A DNA stretch of 64,000 nt from Escherichia coli (GTDB lineage Bacteria > Pseudomonadota > Gammaproteobacteria > Enterobacterales > Enterobacteriaceae). The notes under the pieces are model-generated. The model was not told the DNA's origin. It searched no databases and saw only the letters and a list, made by a program, of their open reading frames with translations. This document shows positions 42,464 through 52,045 of this stretch, piece after piece (the stretch's first letter is position 1; every line of letters starts with the position of its first letter). The stretch lies in NCBI RefSeq assembly GCF_024223415.1, contig NZ_CP100500.1, one strand, 5' to 3'. The position numbers and the translations under genes were made by a program.

Positions 42464-43074
42464 TGAGTAACACTGCAGTTCTGGATGAAAACGGTATCGC
42501 CACTTTCGCAGGCGATATCACTGTATATCACTATGATGAGGAAACCCGGGAATACACCTCATCCTCTGTGGAGTATCTGGCCCTGGGGGTGGGTACCCCG
42601 GCACATTCATGCGCCGATGCCCCGCCAGAGGCAATGCCGGGTTACGTGATTTGCCGGACGTCCACGCTGGACGGGTGGGAGTATGTCCCCGATCATCGTG
42701 GAGAGACGGTATACAGCACAGAGAACGGTAATCCGGTCCAGATTACCCAACCAGGTGACTACCCGGAAGGGACAACGACAAAACAGCCTGCCACACCATG
42801 GGATACCTGGAACGGTGAGGCGTGGGTAACCGATACAGAACGGCAGCAAGCCGAAGAGCTGGAGGTTGCCAGACAGCAACGCAAGGAACGGGTGGATCAG
42901 GCGATGAAGTCCATCGACCTCATCAACCTTAAGTTGCGGGCAGGTCGCAGTCTGACACCAGAAGAAACGGCAAAACTGAATGCCGTGCTGGATTATATCG
43001 ACGAGCTGAACGCACTGGATATCAGCACGGAGCCTGAAATAAGCTGGCCGGAAACACCACCAGAAATGGAATGA
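42463..43074 (+). CDS. tail fiber assembly chaperone (P2 gpG-like)
   Basis: 203 aa; start overlaps the H stop; MSNTAVLDENGIATFAGDITVYHYDEETREY... is typical of tail fibre assembly proteins. Confidence 0.85.
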   Translation: MSNTAVLDENGIATFAGDITVYHYDEETREYTSSSVEYLALGVGTPAHSCADAPPEAMPGYVICRTSTLDGWEYVPDHRGETVYSTENGNPVQITQPGDYPEGTTTKQPATPWDTWNGEAWVTDTERQQAEELEVARQQRKERVDQAMKSIDLINLKLRAGRSLTPEETAKLNAVLDYIDELNALDISTEPEISWPETPPEME

Positions 43075-43116
43075 GCGGGGAAAAGGAACGGGCATTCATA
43101 AATAATTCATCATGCA

Positions 43117-43136
43117 GGTGCCGCAAGAATGCGGCA
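43117..43136. terminator. bidirectional terminator hairpin between convergent G and U
   Basis: gtgccgca-agaa-tgcggcac perfect stem in the 70-bp gap between the G stop and the U stop. Confidence 0.5.
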
Positions 43137-43144
43137 CATTACCT

Positions 43145-43633
43145 TCACATCAGATCATTTACGCCGCTTACTGTGGTATTCCAGACCGAACTTAACTTCC
43201 CTTTCATTCCCGAAAGCATATCAGACACCGGTGACGAGGCCATACTCTCCCGCAAATCCTCATCACAGCGTTCCAGACTGACAGTGAACTCAATTTTTTT
43301 GGCCTTACCGTGGCGGTCAAGTTCGCTTCGCGTTGTGCGGACAGCCGTTATCACATACATGCCGTATATCTGCCCCACACCGTCAATCAGCGGCCATGGG
43401 CGACCAGTGTAAGCCTGCGTCGTTAAAAGGCTGAGGGAAACCTCACCGCCGGTAATTTCGGGATAAAGCACACCGGACAACGTGATCTGGTCGTCACCCG
43501 CCCCGATATACTGCCAGCTGGCCGAACGATTGATGCGTTCATTTTTAACGTGGCGCCAGGTTTTATTATGTTGCAGTTGTTGATGAGGCAGCGTACGCAA
43601 CTCAAAAACAAACATGCCGTAAATCATCATCAT
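43145..43633 (-). CDS. P2 gpU-like tail protein
   Basis: 162 aa (MMMIYGMFVFELRTLPHQQLQHNKTWRH...); last gene of the leftward sheath-tube-tape-measure block. Confidence 0.8.
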   Translation of the reverse strand: MMMIYGMFVFELRTLPHQQLQHNKTWRHVKNERINRSASWQYIGAGDDQITLSGVLYPEITGGEVSLSLLTTQAYTGRPWPLIDGVGQIYGMYVITAVRTTRSELDRHGKAKKIEFTVSLERCDEDLRESMASSPVSDMLSGMKGKLSSVWNTTVSGVNDLM

Positions 43634-43644
43634 GCGAGGTACTC

Positions 43645-46600
43645 CTAATCTCTGTCACGGAAACTACCGACTGTCTGGCGGATACGGCGTTCCATTTCCG
43701 CACGGACGGCATCACCCACCATTTTTGCCAGTTCGCGCGGGTTTTGCGTGTGAACATCATGCAGGTGAATATGCAGTTCGCCAGTTAATCCCCATGGTGC
43801 CGCCTCACTCTGGCGCGGTCGGGGCGATGCGGGGGATATGGGCTGGCGCACAGCCTCAACCACCGGACGGGATGTTGCCGCCATCACTGGTGTCATTAGC
43901 GGGGAGAACGTCGGCATGACATCGTGAGTCATAACCGGTTTGATCACCGGCGGAACCACTGGCGTAATATTACCGGACAGTACCGGACGGACGACCGGAG
44001 GAATAACCGGCACATTATTCACGGACACCACCGGCTTCACGACCGGCGACACGTTCGCCGTGGTGGATATCAGCGGCGAAACACTGACAGGCGGTGGCGC
44101 TGGCAGCGGTGGCAACGAAGGCACACTGACCGACGGCACCTGCGGCAGTCTGACAGGTGGCTCACTGACACTACCCGGTAACAGGGAAGCTGCGCGGTTA
44201 AAGCGTTCCTCCTTCCACTCACCACGAACGGCCAGCGCTTCCGGCAGGTTTTTAAAGATAATATCGCCGGGACCAGCGCGTTTTTTCGCCTGTTTCGCCT
44301 CATCCAGCAGACCACCGGTGTTATCGACGATTTTGTTCAGGCGGCGCATAGTGCCGGTATTCTCCCCCGTCAGGGGTGGTTGCCCCCCTTTGGGTTTTTC
44401 GCCGTATTTTTTATCCTCGTCCTTTTTCGGCGGATTAATGACGTTAACATCCGCCAGAAGCATGGCAGCTTTCTCGTTCAGCAACTCCTTCTGTTTTAGT
44501 TCTTCCGCTTTTTTCCGGGCGCGCTCAACCGCTGACGGAATCAGCCCGAGTTTTTCCAGCACCCGGGTTAATGAGTCAATCAGCAGCGTAACCGGACCGG
44601 TCACCAGATTGCTGATAAACTCCCCGACCTTCTGCCCGAACGTCCGCCCGGCTTCCGTGCACTTGTCCAGCTCATCCTTTGTTGTGCTTACCGGCGCGAA
44701 CAAATCCACGAACCACTGCCACACACGCCCGATTGTCTGCCCGACATACTCAAACAATGGTCCCAGTGGTGCCACAGCCTCGCGCAGTGGCGTAAGCCCC
44801 TGCCACAGGCCGGACAAGAACCCGCCCACGACAGCCTTCAGCTGGTCCCAGTGCCGCCAGATAAGCACTGCCGCACCGACCAGTGTCGCCACCACAAGGC
44901 CCACCGGACTTAACAGAAAACCCAGCGCCCCGCCAAGTGCGCCCACCGCACCACTCACCATCCCCCACAGTGCGGGCAGACCTGACAGTCTGAGCGCCAG
45001 TATTCCGATACCGCGCCCCAGTGAAATCAGTGCGCCGCCAGGTGAAGTGAACGCAGCCAGCAGACCACCACGCAGCGCGCCAAGTCCCGCCTGCACACCA
45101 CGAAGCCGCCCCGCAACTACGCCCAGCAGTGCAGCAAACCGTCCGGCACCGGAGGTGATACCGACAAACAGCACGCGCCAGCCACCGATACCGCCCAGCG
45201 GACCACCGAGTACGCCGCGCAGCTGCGTCAGTAACGGCAGCGCACGACCGAGGCCGGATGTGCCGGTCAGCAGGGCAAACCCAAGACGCAGTTTTGCCAG
45301 CGGCCCCATCAACACACCAGTGGCAAGTGACAGCGCCCCCATGGCCGCAACCGCAGCCAGCAGTACACCACCGGCAATCAGCAGTTGTTTTGTCAGTTCA
45401 GGGTGCGCCTGAGCCAGCGCGGTGACTTTCGCAATAACCCGGGTGAACGACTGCGTGACAGAACGCAGCGGCCCGTCAACGAGGTCAGCGATACGGATAC
45501 GCAGTCCTTCCCATGCGCTGTTCAGTGATTTCAGGTCACCGTCCAGGTTATCAACCATAACACGGGCAGTCTGATTAAGTTCCCCGGTGGCCAGTTCAAT
45601 CTCCTGCGTAAGACGGGGAAGATTATTTTCCCCCGCCGCAGTGACAAGATTCATCAGGGAAACATAGGACTCCTGCCCGGCAATAGCCCTGAAAAAGGAG
45701 ACCTGCGCGGCATTACCGTATTTTCGGGTGGCCTGGTACAGCTCATTCAGGATATTTTCCATCCGGCGCATGTTCCCGTAAGCATCCTGCGTCTCCACGC
45801 CAAGCTCTTTCAGTGCCATTGCAGCGGCCTTCGGCGGATCAACCAGACGTGACAGACTGGCACGCAGCGCCGTACCTGCATCACTTCCACGGATCCCCAC
45901 ACTGCCAAGGACACCCGTCATGGCTGCCGCCTGTTCAAGGGACAGGCCAAGTGAAGCTGCAACCGGCCCCGTGTACTTCATGGTTTCACCCAGCGAACGG
46001 AGATCCGTATTGGTTCGTGTGAAGGTGGCGGCCAGCGTGTCACCCACGCGATCCATCTGGTCAGCGGACAGACCAAACTGTGTGAGGATATTCGAACTGA
46101 TATCGGCAGTCTGTCCCAGGTCCATCCCTGCAGCCATTGCCAGATCAAGCACGCCGGGTAGCGCCGCCTGTATGGCCTGTGGTGTGAAGCTGGCCATGGC
46201 AAGGAACGCCTGACCGCTGGCAGCATCACCGGCGGTAAACTGCGTTTCAGAGCCCAGCTTAATGGCCTGTTCGCGCAGCGCCTTAAACTGCGGACTGTTT
46301 TTGTCAATACGGGTCAGCGCCTGGACGCGCGACATCTCCTTACCAAAACTGACCGCCGGTTGCAGGAAACGTCCGGCCGCATAGCCGCCTGCCGCCGCCG
46401 TACCAACCGCCGTAAGTCCGACCGTTTTAAGTTTTCCCGCCGTCTCCTGAGCACGGGAATATTGCTGGCGTGCCTGCGTGACACGTGCCAGCGCCTGCCG
46501 TTCGCGTTCCAGCTGGTCGTTGTATTGCTGTGTTCGCCGTATGGCCTGTTGAATGGTGTTGTCACTGCCGGAAAGCGCAATACCGTGGCGCCGCAGCTCA

Positions 46601-46956
46601 CCACCCAGTTCGCGCATTCGCTGAACTTCACGCGCACGGACCTCATTGAGACGCTCAAGTTTGAGGCTCAAATCGTTCATCAGCTTTTTCTGTTTGTCAG
46701 ACAGCACGGTTCCGGCGCGCTGAATTTGCTGAAGTGCGCTTAACTGGCGTTGCGCCCTGACAATGCCGTTTCCGGCCTTGTTTGCAGCCTCGCGGGCGCG
46801 ATCAAATGAACGGGCGTGGCGTTCCAGGTTTTTGATCGCACCCTGCGTTCTCTGTATGGAGTCGCCAAGCTGGCCCATCATGCGACGGGCGTTTTCGGTG
46901 GGACGGGTCAGCCTGTCAACAGCGCTGAAGGCGACCCGTATATCAAGCGTTTTCAT
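43645..46956 (-). CDS. tail tape measure protein (P2 gpT-like)
   Basis: ORF 43645-46992; ATG at 46956 (MKTLDIRVAF...) overlaps the predicted E' stop, giving ~1103 aa. Long helical N-terminus and Gly/Ala-rich membrane-like core typical of tape measure proteins. Confidence 0.85.
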   Translation of the reverse strand: MKTLDIRVAFSAVDRLTRPTENARRMMGQLGDSIQRTQGAIKNLERHARSFDRAREAANKAGNGIVRAQRQLSALQQIQRAGTVLSDKQKKLMNDLSLKLERLNEVRAREVQRMRELGGELRRHGIALSGSDNTIQQAIRRTQQYNDQLERERQALARVTQARQQYSRAQETAGKLKTVGLTAVGTAAAGGYAAGRFLQPAVSFGKEMSRVQALTRIDKNSPQFKALREQAIKLGSETQFTAGDAASGQAFLAMASFTPQAIQAALPGVLDLAMAAGMDLGQTADISSNILTQFGLSADQMDRVGDTLAATFTRTNTDLRSLGETMKYTGPVAASLGLSLEQAAAMTGVLGSVGIRGSDAGTALRASLSRLVDPPKAAAMALKELGVETQDAYGNMRRMENILNELYQATRKYGNAAQVSFFRAIAGQESYVSLMNLVTAAGENNLPRLTQEIELATGELNQTARVMVDNLDGDLKSLNSAWEGLRIRIADLVDGPLRSVTQSFTRVIAKVTALAQAHPELTKQLLIAGGVLLAAVAAMGALSLATGVLMGPLAKLRLGFALLTGTSGLGRALPLLTQLRGVLGGPLGGIGGWRVLFVGITSGAGRFAALLGVVAGRLRGVQAGLGALRGGLLAAFTSPGGALISLGRGIGILALRLSGLPALWGMVSGAVGALGGALGFLLSPVGLVVATLVGAAVLIWRHWDQLKAVVGGFLSGLWQGLTPLREAVAPLGPLFEYVGQTIGRVWQWFVDLFAPVSTTKDELDKCTEAGRTFGQKVGEFISNLVTGPVTLLIDSLTRVLEKLGLIPSAVERARKKAEELKQKELLNEKAAMLLADVNVINPPKKDEDKKYGEKPKGGQPPLTGENTGTMRRLNKIVDNTGGLLDEAKQAKKRAGPGDIIFKNLPEALAVRGEWKEERFNRAASLLPGSVSEPPVRLPQVPSVSVPSLPPLPAPPPVSVSPLISTTANVSPVVKPVVSVNNVPVIPPVVRPVLSGNITPVVPPVIKPVMTHDVMPTFSPLMTPVMAATSRPVVEAVRQPISPASPRPRQSEAAPWGLTGELHIHLHDVHTQNPRELAKMVGDAVRAEMERRIRQTVGSFRDRD

Positions 46957-47469
46957 GCTCTGCGTTCCCGCTGCGAAGGGCCGCCCGCTCACGCCAGGCG
47001 ACCACCTCGCCGGGATCCATCAGGAAGATTTCAGCGGGAGACCAGTTGAAAATAACGGCGATATCCGCCACAAAGTCTTCAATGTGCTCAAAGGGCACGA
47101 CGGTTATCAGCCTGCCGTCGCCGCCCCGCTCTTCCCGCCAGAGTCCTGACCGGCCAAAAAATTAACCGCCACCCCGCACAGCTGAATAAAATCAGCGGAC
47201 CCCATGCGCTTAAGCAGAACCTCGTCCAGTCGCGGCGAAGTGACGCGCGGGAGTAACTCAAACATCGCGTCCGTTTTCATGTTCAGCACGTCAAGCAGTG
47301 ACAGCCCGCGCAGTGAACCGGCCTGCTGTACAGCAGGCGTGATTTCCACATACGTGATTTTTTTGTTACCGAGCACAAGGGGCGTTTTCAGCGTCACGCC
47401 GCGCTCACTGGTCACGTCCGCCGCATCAGCACCGTCAGTAACAGGGGCAACAACCGGATTTTCTTTCAT
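46952..47469 (-). CDS. tail assembly chaperone E (47107-47469) and its -1 frameshift extension E+E' (to 46952)
   Basis: 120-aa E ORF ends at 47107. A TTTTTTG slippery heptamer (minus strand, 47155-47161) lies near its 3' end; after a -1 shift the frame runs to a TGA at 46952-46954 that overlaps the T start codon. Confidence 0.7.
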
Positions 47470-47519
47470 GCATAAAACCTCAAATCAGGGGGCGACGCCG
47501 CGCGCCGCCGTGGGAAACA

Positions 47520-48038
47520 TTAACCACCAAGACCAATCGCCGAGCGCACGCGGTCCGGGAAGACGTTTTTGCCGTCCTTGCGTTCGATGTGGTTCAGTAA
47601 ATCAATCTCCAGCACCGGACGGTCGTTAATGCTGAGTTTGTAGTAGGTACTCCTGACCGCATAGGTGTGAGACGTGACCTCACCCTGTTTTGCCTCCCCC
47701 GTATCAATTTCCGTCACGCGGCCGCGAAGCTCAATTTCATACAGGTCGCTCTGCTCTTCATCGTTGTAGTACTCACCGACAAAGCGCAGCAGCGTACCGT
47801 CGATCGTGCCGCCGTACTTAAGGAACAGTTCGCGGGTCGGCCCGCCCATGGTGAAACTCGCATCCAGCGCGCCGTCATCCAGACCAAGGTCGATATTCAC
47901 CGCGCCGGCCATACCACCACCGCGATAGGCTTCCGTTTTACGGGTCAGTTTGGGGGGCGTGAAGCCGGTCACCCTGCCAATCTGGTTCACCCCGTCAGTA
48001 AACAGCGTGAACACCCTGAGATTTTTTGGTACGGCCAT
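47520..48038 (-). CDS. P2 gpFII-like tail tube protein
   Basis: 172 aa (MAVPKNLRVFTLFTDGVNQIGRVTGFTPPKLTRKTEAYRGGGM...). Confidence 0.88.
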   Translation of the reverse strand: MAVPKNLRVFTLFTDGVNQIGRVTGFTPPKLTRKTEAYRGGGMAGAVNIDLGLDDGALDASFTMGGPTRELFLKYGGTIDGTLLRFVGEYYNDEEQSDLYEIELRGRVTEIDTGEAKQGEVTSHTYAVRSTYYKLSINDRPVLEIDLLNHIERKDGKNVFPDRVRSAIGLGG

Positions 48039-49321
48039 TAAGCACCTCCAAGCGTCGCAAATGCAGGACCAAAGAATTCATCAGTAAACGTCTGGTAAAG
48101 TTCCATATCCTCAAGCGGCGGAACGGGCGTGTACTTGTAGCGGATACGCACGCGTCCCTGACGAAGTTCCGTGGTGCTGTTATCCACCACGTCATACCAG
48201 CACTCCGCACCAATGAGACGTCCTGACGTAACCAGCGCATCCAGTTTTGCGCGAATTGCGCTTAACACGTCTTTCACATTAGCAGGGGTCAGCGGGGCAT
48301 CAATCGTTTCAAACTGCGCTTCCGCAATGGAATCAGCCAGCACCTGAGCGGTTCGCGTGTACACCTCAAAGATATACGCCTTCGTTTCCGGCGTACGGTT
48401 GCCCCAGAAGCGGAAACCGTTACGGCAAATGATGGTAGTGATTTCCTTGTTGTTGAGATTGTTGGCATCGCTGTCTTCGGACTGAAGGGACCAGAACACC
48501 GGGCTGGAAATACCCAGCACATTTGTTACCGGCACGTTGGACAGCGATTTATGCCAGCCCTGTTCGTGGTCAATACGTGCACGTAAACCGCAGGCGTACG
48601 CCGCAGCCGGGAAGACCTCATTAGCGCCGGATTTCGGGTTATAGGCGATGAAGTCAGGCCAGAGCAGCATAAGTTCGCGCTCGTTAAATCTGGCGCGGTA
48701 GCTGATTGCATCAGCGGGCTTCTTGCAGTTGTGACAGCCCGCGTAGACAAATGCGCGAAGTTTTTCTGCAATTACACACAGGGATTTTGTGACAGCTTCA
48801 GTATCCAGTCCGGGAGCTGCGATGATGCGCGGACGGTAACCGATGGCATCATCCTGTTCAGCTATCAGAAGTGCATACATACCGGTATAATTACCGTCGC
48901 CATCCGTGCCACCAATGACATACTGGTCCTGCGTTTTGTGTGGGTATACAGGATGTGCATCTTCAGACTCATCAATACCAAAAAATGCCCTGTCTTCAGG
49001 ATCCAGATGACCGAATGATGTAACTCCTGTATCCGGGGCGCCCTGAGAACTGGTATCAGGAACGCGCACCACAATCACCTTCGTGCTCACCTGGTCGGCG
49101 ACAGCCTTAAGCGATTTGTAAAGCGTCCCCTTTGTGCCGGCCTTACCCAGCACATCACTGACGCGGGTCAGCAGTGTGGGTTTGTTCAGCGGGAACAGAG
49201 TTTCATCCGCGTCATCTGCCGTAGCCACAATACCAATAACACTGGAATCCACATCATTAATGGCGGTGGCAAGGCCGGTACTTTCCCTTACGCGCGCACC
49301 ATGAAAGCGTGTTTCACTCAT
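48038..49321 (-). CDS. P2 gpFI-like tail sheath protein
   Basis: ORF 48038-49468; start placed at MSETRFHGARV... (49321). Blocks ...FPLNKPTLLT...GTKGTLYKSL..., ...LRARIDHEQGWHKSLSNV..., ...RNGFRFWGNRT..., ...YTRTAQV..., ...YTPVPPLE... parallel P2 FI. Confidence 0.88.
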   Translation of the reverse strand: MSETRFHGARVRESTGLATAINDVDSSVIGIVATADDADETLFPLNKPTLLTRVSDVLGKAGTKGTLYKSLKAVADQVSTKVIVVRVPDTSSQGAPDTGVTSFGHLDPEDRAFFGIDESEDAHPVYPHKTQDQYVIGGTDGDGNYTGMYALLIAEQDDAIGYRPRIIAAPGLDTEAVTKSLCVIAEKLRAFVYAGCHNCKKPADAISYRARFNERELMLLWPDFIAYNPKSGANEVFPAAAYACGLRARIDHEQGWHKSLSNVPVTNVLGISSPVFWSLQSEDSDANNLNNKEITTIICRNGFRFWGNRTPETKAYIFEVYTRTAQVLADSIAEAQFETIDAPLTPANVKDVLSAIRAKLDALVTSGRLIGAECWYDVVDNSTTELRQGRVRIRYKYTPVPPLEDMELYQTFTDEFFGPAFATLGGA

Positions 49322-49397
49322 ATGTTTCACCCTTGTCTGGCTGGTTGATTTTGCGTAATCATTACCCACACACGCGGTAATCTCACCCCTTTGATGT

Positions 49398-49415
49398 TGT
49401 CTCCTGACAGCGACA
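49398..49415. promoter_or_regulatory. candidate Ogr-dependent late promoter dyad (TGT-N12-ACA) in the divergent FI / D intergenic region
   Basis: TGTctcctgacagcgACA, nested in a longer palindrome (tgttgtc...gacaaca); lies ~75-80 bp from both the FI and D start codons. Confidence 0.5.
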
Positions 49416-49482
49416 ACAAAACAGCCATTCAACGCCGCTGCGGTGCATGAAACCATTACAGAACGCACCAGGAGAGAACACC

Positions 49483-50574
49483 ATGAAAGAGCTGTCAGTT
49501 ACCGTTCCGTCACCGGATATCGACATCACCATCAACAACAACACACTGGCAAACCTCACAGAGCGACTCATGACGCTGACCCTGACGGATAACCGGGCCT
49601 TTGAGGCAGACCGCGTCACCCTCACCCTTGACGATACGGACGGGCAGTTACAGTTGCCACCACGTGGCGCACGCCTGAGAGTGATGATTGGCTGGCGAGG
49701 AGAATCACTGGTTAACAAGGGCACCTACGTCGTTGATGAGGTTGCGTGGGAAGGACCTCCAGATAAACTGATCATCACCGCCAGCAGCGCAGATTTTCGG
49801 GAAGAGTTCAACGTGAGGCGGGAGGTATCCTGGCACGACGTGACCGTAAAACAGGTTGTGTCAGCCATCGCTCACCGCTACGGCCTGAAGACACAGATAA
49901 GCGAAATCCTCATGGATATCGAAATTGACCACGCTGACCAGACCGAAGAGAGCGATATATCCTTCCTGACCCGCATGGCTGAAATGCTGGGTGCGATTGC
50001 CACCGTAAAAAACGGCAGCCTGTTATTCATTCTGCCGGGTGGCGGAACCGGGCCGGACGGAAGAGCCCTGCCTTCGTTCGCCATTACCCGCAGCAGCGGC
50101 GACAGTCACCGCTTTCGCATTGCTGACCGTGATGCGTATACGGGGGTCCGGGCGCACTGGCTCGATCTGAAGTTCGGGCAAAAGAAAAAAGTGAACGTGA
50201 AGCGACGCAGGGAAGCCGGGAAACAGAAACAGGAGAAGAGCAGCAGCCGGGAGGGTGATTACATGGAAGGCGCGGAAGGGAACGTCTACGTTCTGCGCAG
50301 GACTTACCAGAATGAAGAAACCGCACGACGTGCAGCTGCGGCAAAGTGGCAGGAGTTACAGCGGGGAGCAGCGGCATTCTCCATCACTCTGGCACGGGGT
50401 CGTGCCGACCTGTACCCCGAAATGCACGGCAGGGTAACAGGTTTTAAAAGCGAGGTGGACAATCAGGACTGGATTATTGCCAGGGTGGAGCACATCATAG
50501 ATGAAAGCGGCTTCACCACACAACTGGAGCTGGAAGCGAAAATCCCCGAATGGATAGCAGATTCAGGCGGATAA
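49483..50574 (+). CDS. P2 gpD-like tail protein
   Basis: ORF 49447-50574; ATG at 49483 follows aggaga. Blocks LTLTDNRAFEAD, SWHDVTV, HADQTEESDISFLTRMAEMLGAIATVKNGSLLF, ITRSSGDSHRF, GRADLYPE parallel P2 D. Confidence 0.88.
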   Translation: MKELSVTVPSPDIDITINNNTLANLTERLMTLTLTDNRAFEADRVTLTLDDTDGQLQLPPRGARLRVMIGWRGESLVNKGTYVVDEVAWEGPPDKLIITASSADFREEFNVRREVSWHDVTVKQVVSAIAHRYGLKTQISEILMDIEIDHADQTEESDISFLTRMAEMLGAIATVKNGSLLFILPGGGTGPDGRALPSFAITRSSGDSHRFRIADRDAYTGVRAHWLDLKFGQKKKVNVKRRREAGKQKQEKSSSREGDYMEGAEGNVYVLRRTYQNEETARRAAAAKWQELQRGAAAFSITLARGRADLYPEMHGRVTGFKSEVDNQDWIIARVEHIIDESGFTTQLELEAKIPEWIADSGG

Positions 50575-50617
50575 AATTAAAATGAGCCATCTCCACTCAG
50601 CCAGATAAGGAGAAGCC

Positions 50618-50869
50618 ATGTTCCGTTGTCCCCTATGCGGTGCATCCGCACGTATCCGCACCAGTCGCAATGAAAATGATTCAGGCACAGTTCGCCTGAA
50701 GTACTACCAGTGCAATAACCTCGAATGCGGGATCGGCTTTACCACACTGGAGGGTTTTAACAAATTCACATCAAAACGCGCCCCGTCGCCGCAGGGTACA
50801 GAGCGGATACCGTGGGAAGATTTTCCGGGATCTCACAGGGGGAATACTCAGATTAATCTTGATATTTAA
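50618..50869 (+). CDS. ogr: Ogr/Delta-family zinc-finger late gene activator
   Basis: 83 aa; MFRCPLCGASARIRTSRNENDSGTVRLKYYQCNNLECGIGF parallels P2 Ogr (MFHCPLC...YHQCQNVNC...) with a C4 zinc finger (C4, C7, C32, C37). Confidence 0.85.
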   Translation: MFRCPLCGASARIRTSRNENDSGTVRLKYYQCNNLECGIGFTTLEGFNKFTSKRAPSPQGTERIPWEDFPGSHRGNTQINLDI

Positions 50870-51804
50870 GAACAATAATCAGGTTGAGAGGACATCATAA
50901 GGCAAGTAGATTAACGGCAGATACTTTCCCGCAACCACGGGCAAGTATTTAATTATCCATGATGAAATATGACCTAAATTGTTTTTTGCCCGCCGGAAAG
51001 CGGGCATTTTTTTATTCTTTTGTGGTTATGGGGTCATCAGGAACCACGTGCAGATTATATTTTTGTTTTTTTGGCGTTCCTCCGGCAGCAACGAGTTCAT
51101 CAATAAGACACTGACACGCCTGAACATCCCGGGCATGTCTTAGTTTCACCTTTATTGATTTAACCTTATCCTCACCGGAGGAGAAATGCAGTTCAATCTC
51201 AATATCGTTTCTTCGGAACAATCTCATACGCCCCCTGAATATATCAGAAATACTAGTATCGAAAAATGAGAAAACAGTTAGACAGGAGAAACATATTAAC
51301 ACAAATCATTTATACCTATAGATGAAATTATAATTTCATTCATGAATATGATAGATAACTATATTGTGAACAAAATGAAAAATGGCTAAATTAAAAATGG
51401 GCATGGAGGAATGCCCGGTTATCAATATAATGTGACGTAGATCATTGTTTTGCCCGCCGGAGAGCGGGCATTTTTTTTGCGCCTGCCATCGAGGCGCCTT
51501 CCCTGGCGCACACAAAGCAGCCCTGATTTTCCATGAAAACTTCAGGGTTGAGCTGCGGGCACAAAGTGAGTAGATTAGCTACGGGTACCTCCCCCTGACA
51601 ACAGGAAGGGTGTCCATTATCCATGATATACAAACGAAAAGTCTTGTTTTTTGCCCGCCGAAGCGCGGGCATTTTTTTATGCATCAGACAAGATACAGCC
51701 CACCCCAACTGACACCTGAAATATTGCCGCAACAAAAAGAAACAGTTAAATTACGCGCGGGTGCCTTTCGGCTGATGGCCGGAGGGAAAACCTGAAGGCC
51801 GGAT

Positions 51805-52038
51805 GTGGAAAGGCCCCGGAAAACATTTCTGTTTAACCGAGGCCCTAACCGCATTACCTTGACAAGTGAAAGGTTAGCGCCTCTCCGGAAAAGGAGCAAG
51901 TGCTATGTCGCAAAAATCGCTTACGGCCATCACGTTCTGCGTGACGGCAATCCTCATCATCTGGATATTGCACGGTTCGCTGTGCGAAATACGGATGAGC
52001 TTCTGGGGAGCGGAGTTTGCGGCGTTCTTACAATGTAA
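51805..52038 (+). CDS. mok-like overlapping reading frame upstream of and overlapping the hok-like gene
   Basis: 77-aa ORF in a different frame that overlaps the Hok-like ORF, as in hok/mok/sok loci; may be regulatory rather than a stable protein. Confidence 0.35.
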   Translation: MERPRKTFLFNRGPNRITLTSERLAPLRKRSKCYVAKIAYGHHVLRDGNPHHLDIARFAVRNTDELLGSGVCGVLTM

Positions 52039-52045
52039 GAAGTAA
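51905..52045 (+). CDS. Hok/Gef-family type I toxin-like small membrane protein
   Basis: 46 aa, MSQKSLTAITFCVTAILIIWILHGSLCEIRMSFWGAEFAAFLQCKK: N-terminal transmembrane helix plus the conserved SLCEI...AAF... C-terminal pattern of Hok proteins. RBS aaaggag upstream; terminator at ~52140-52170. Confidence 0.7.
   Translation: MSQKSLTAITFCVTAILIIWILHGSLCEIRMSFWGAEFAAFLQCKK

Noticed and set aside
43924-46743. Plus-strand ORFs up to 490 aa overlapping the tape-measure gene
   Set aside because: Ser/Pro/Arg-rich low-complexity translations antisense to a GC-rich tape-measure gene; the minus-strand product has the expected helical architecture.
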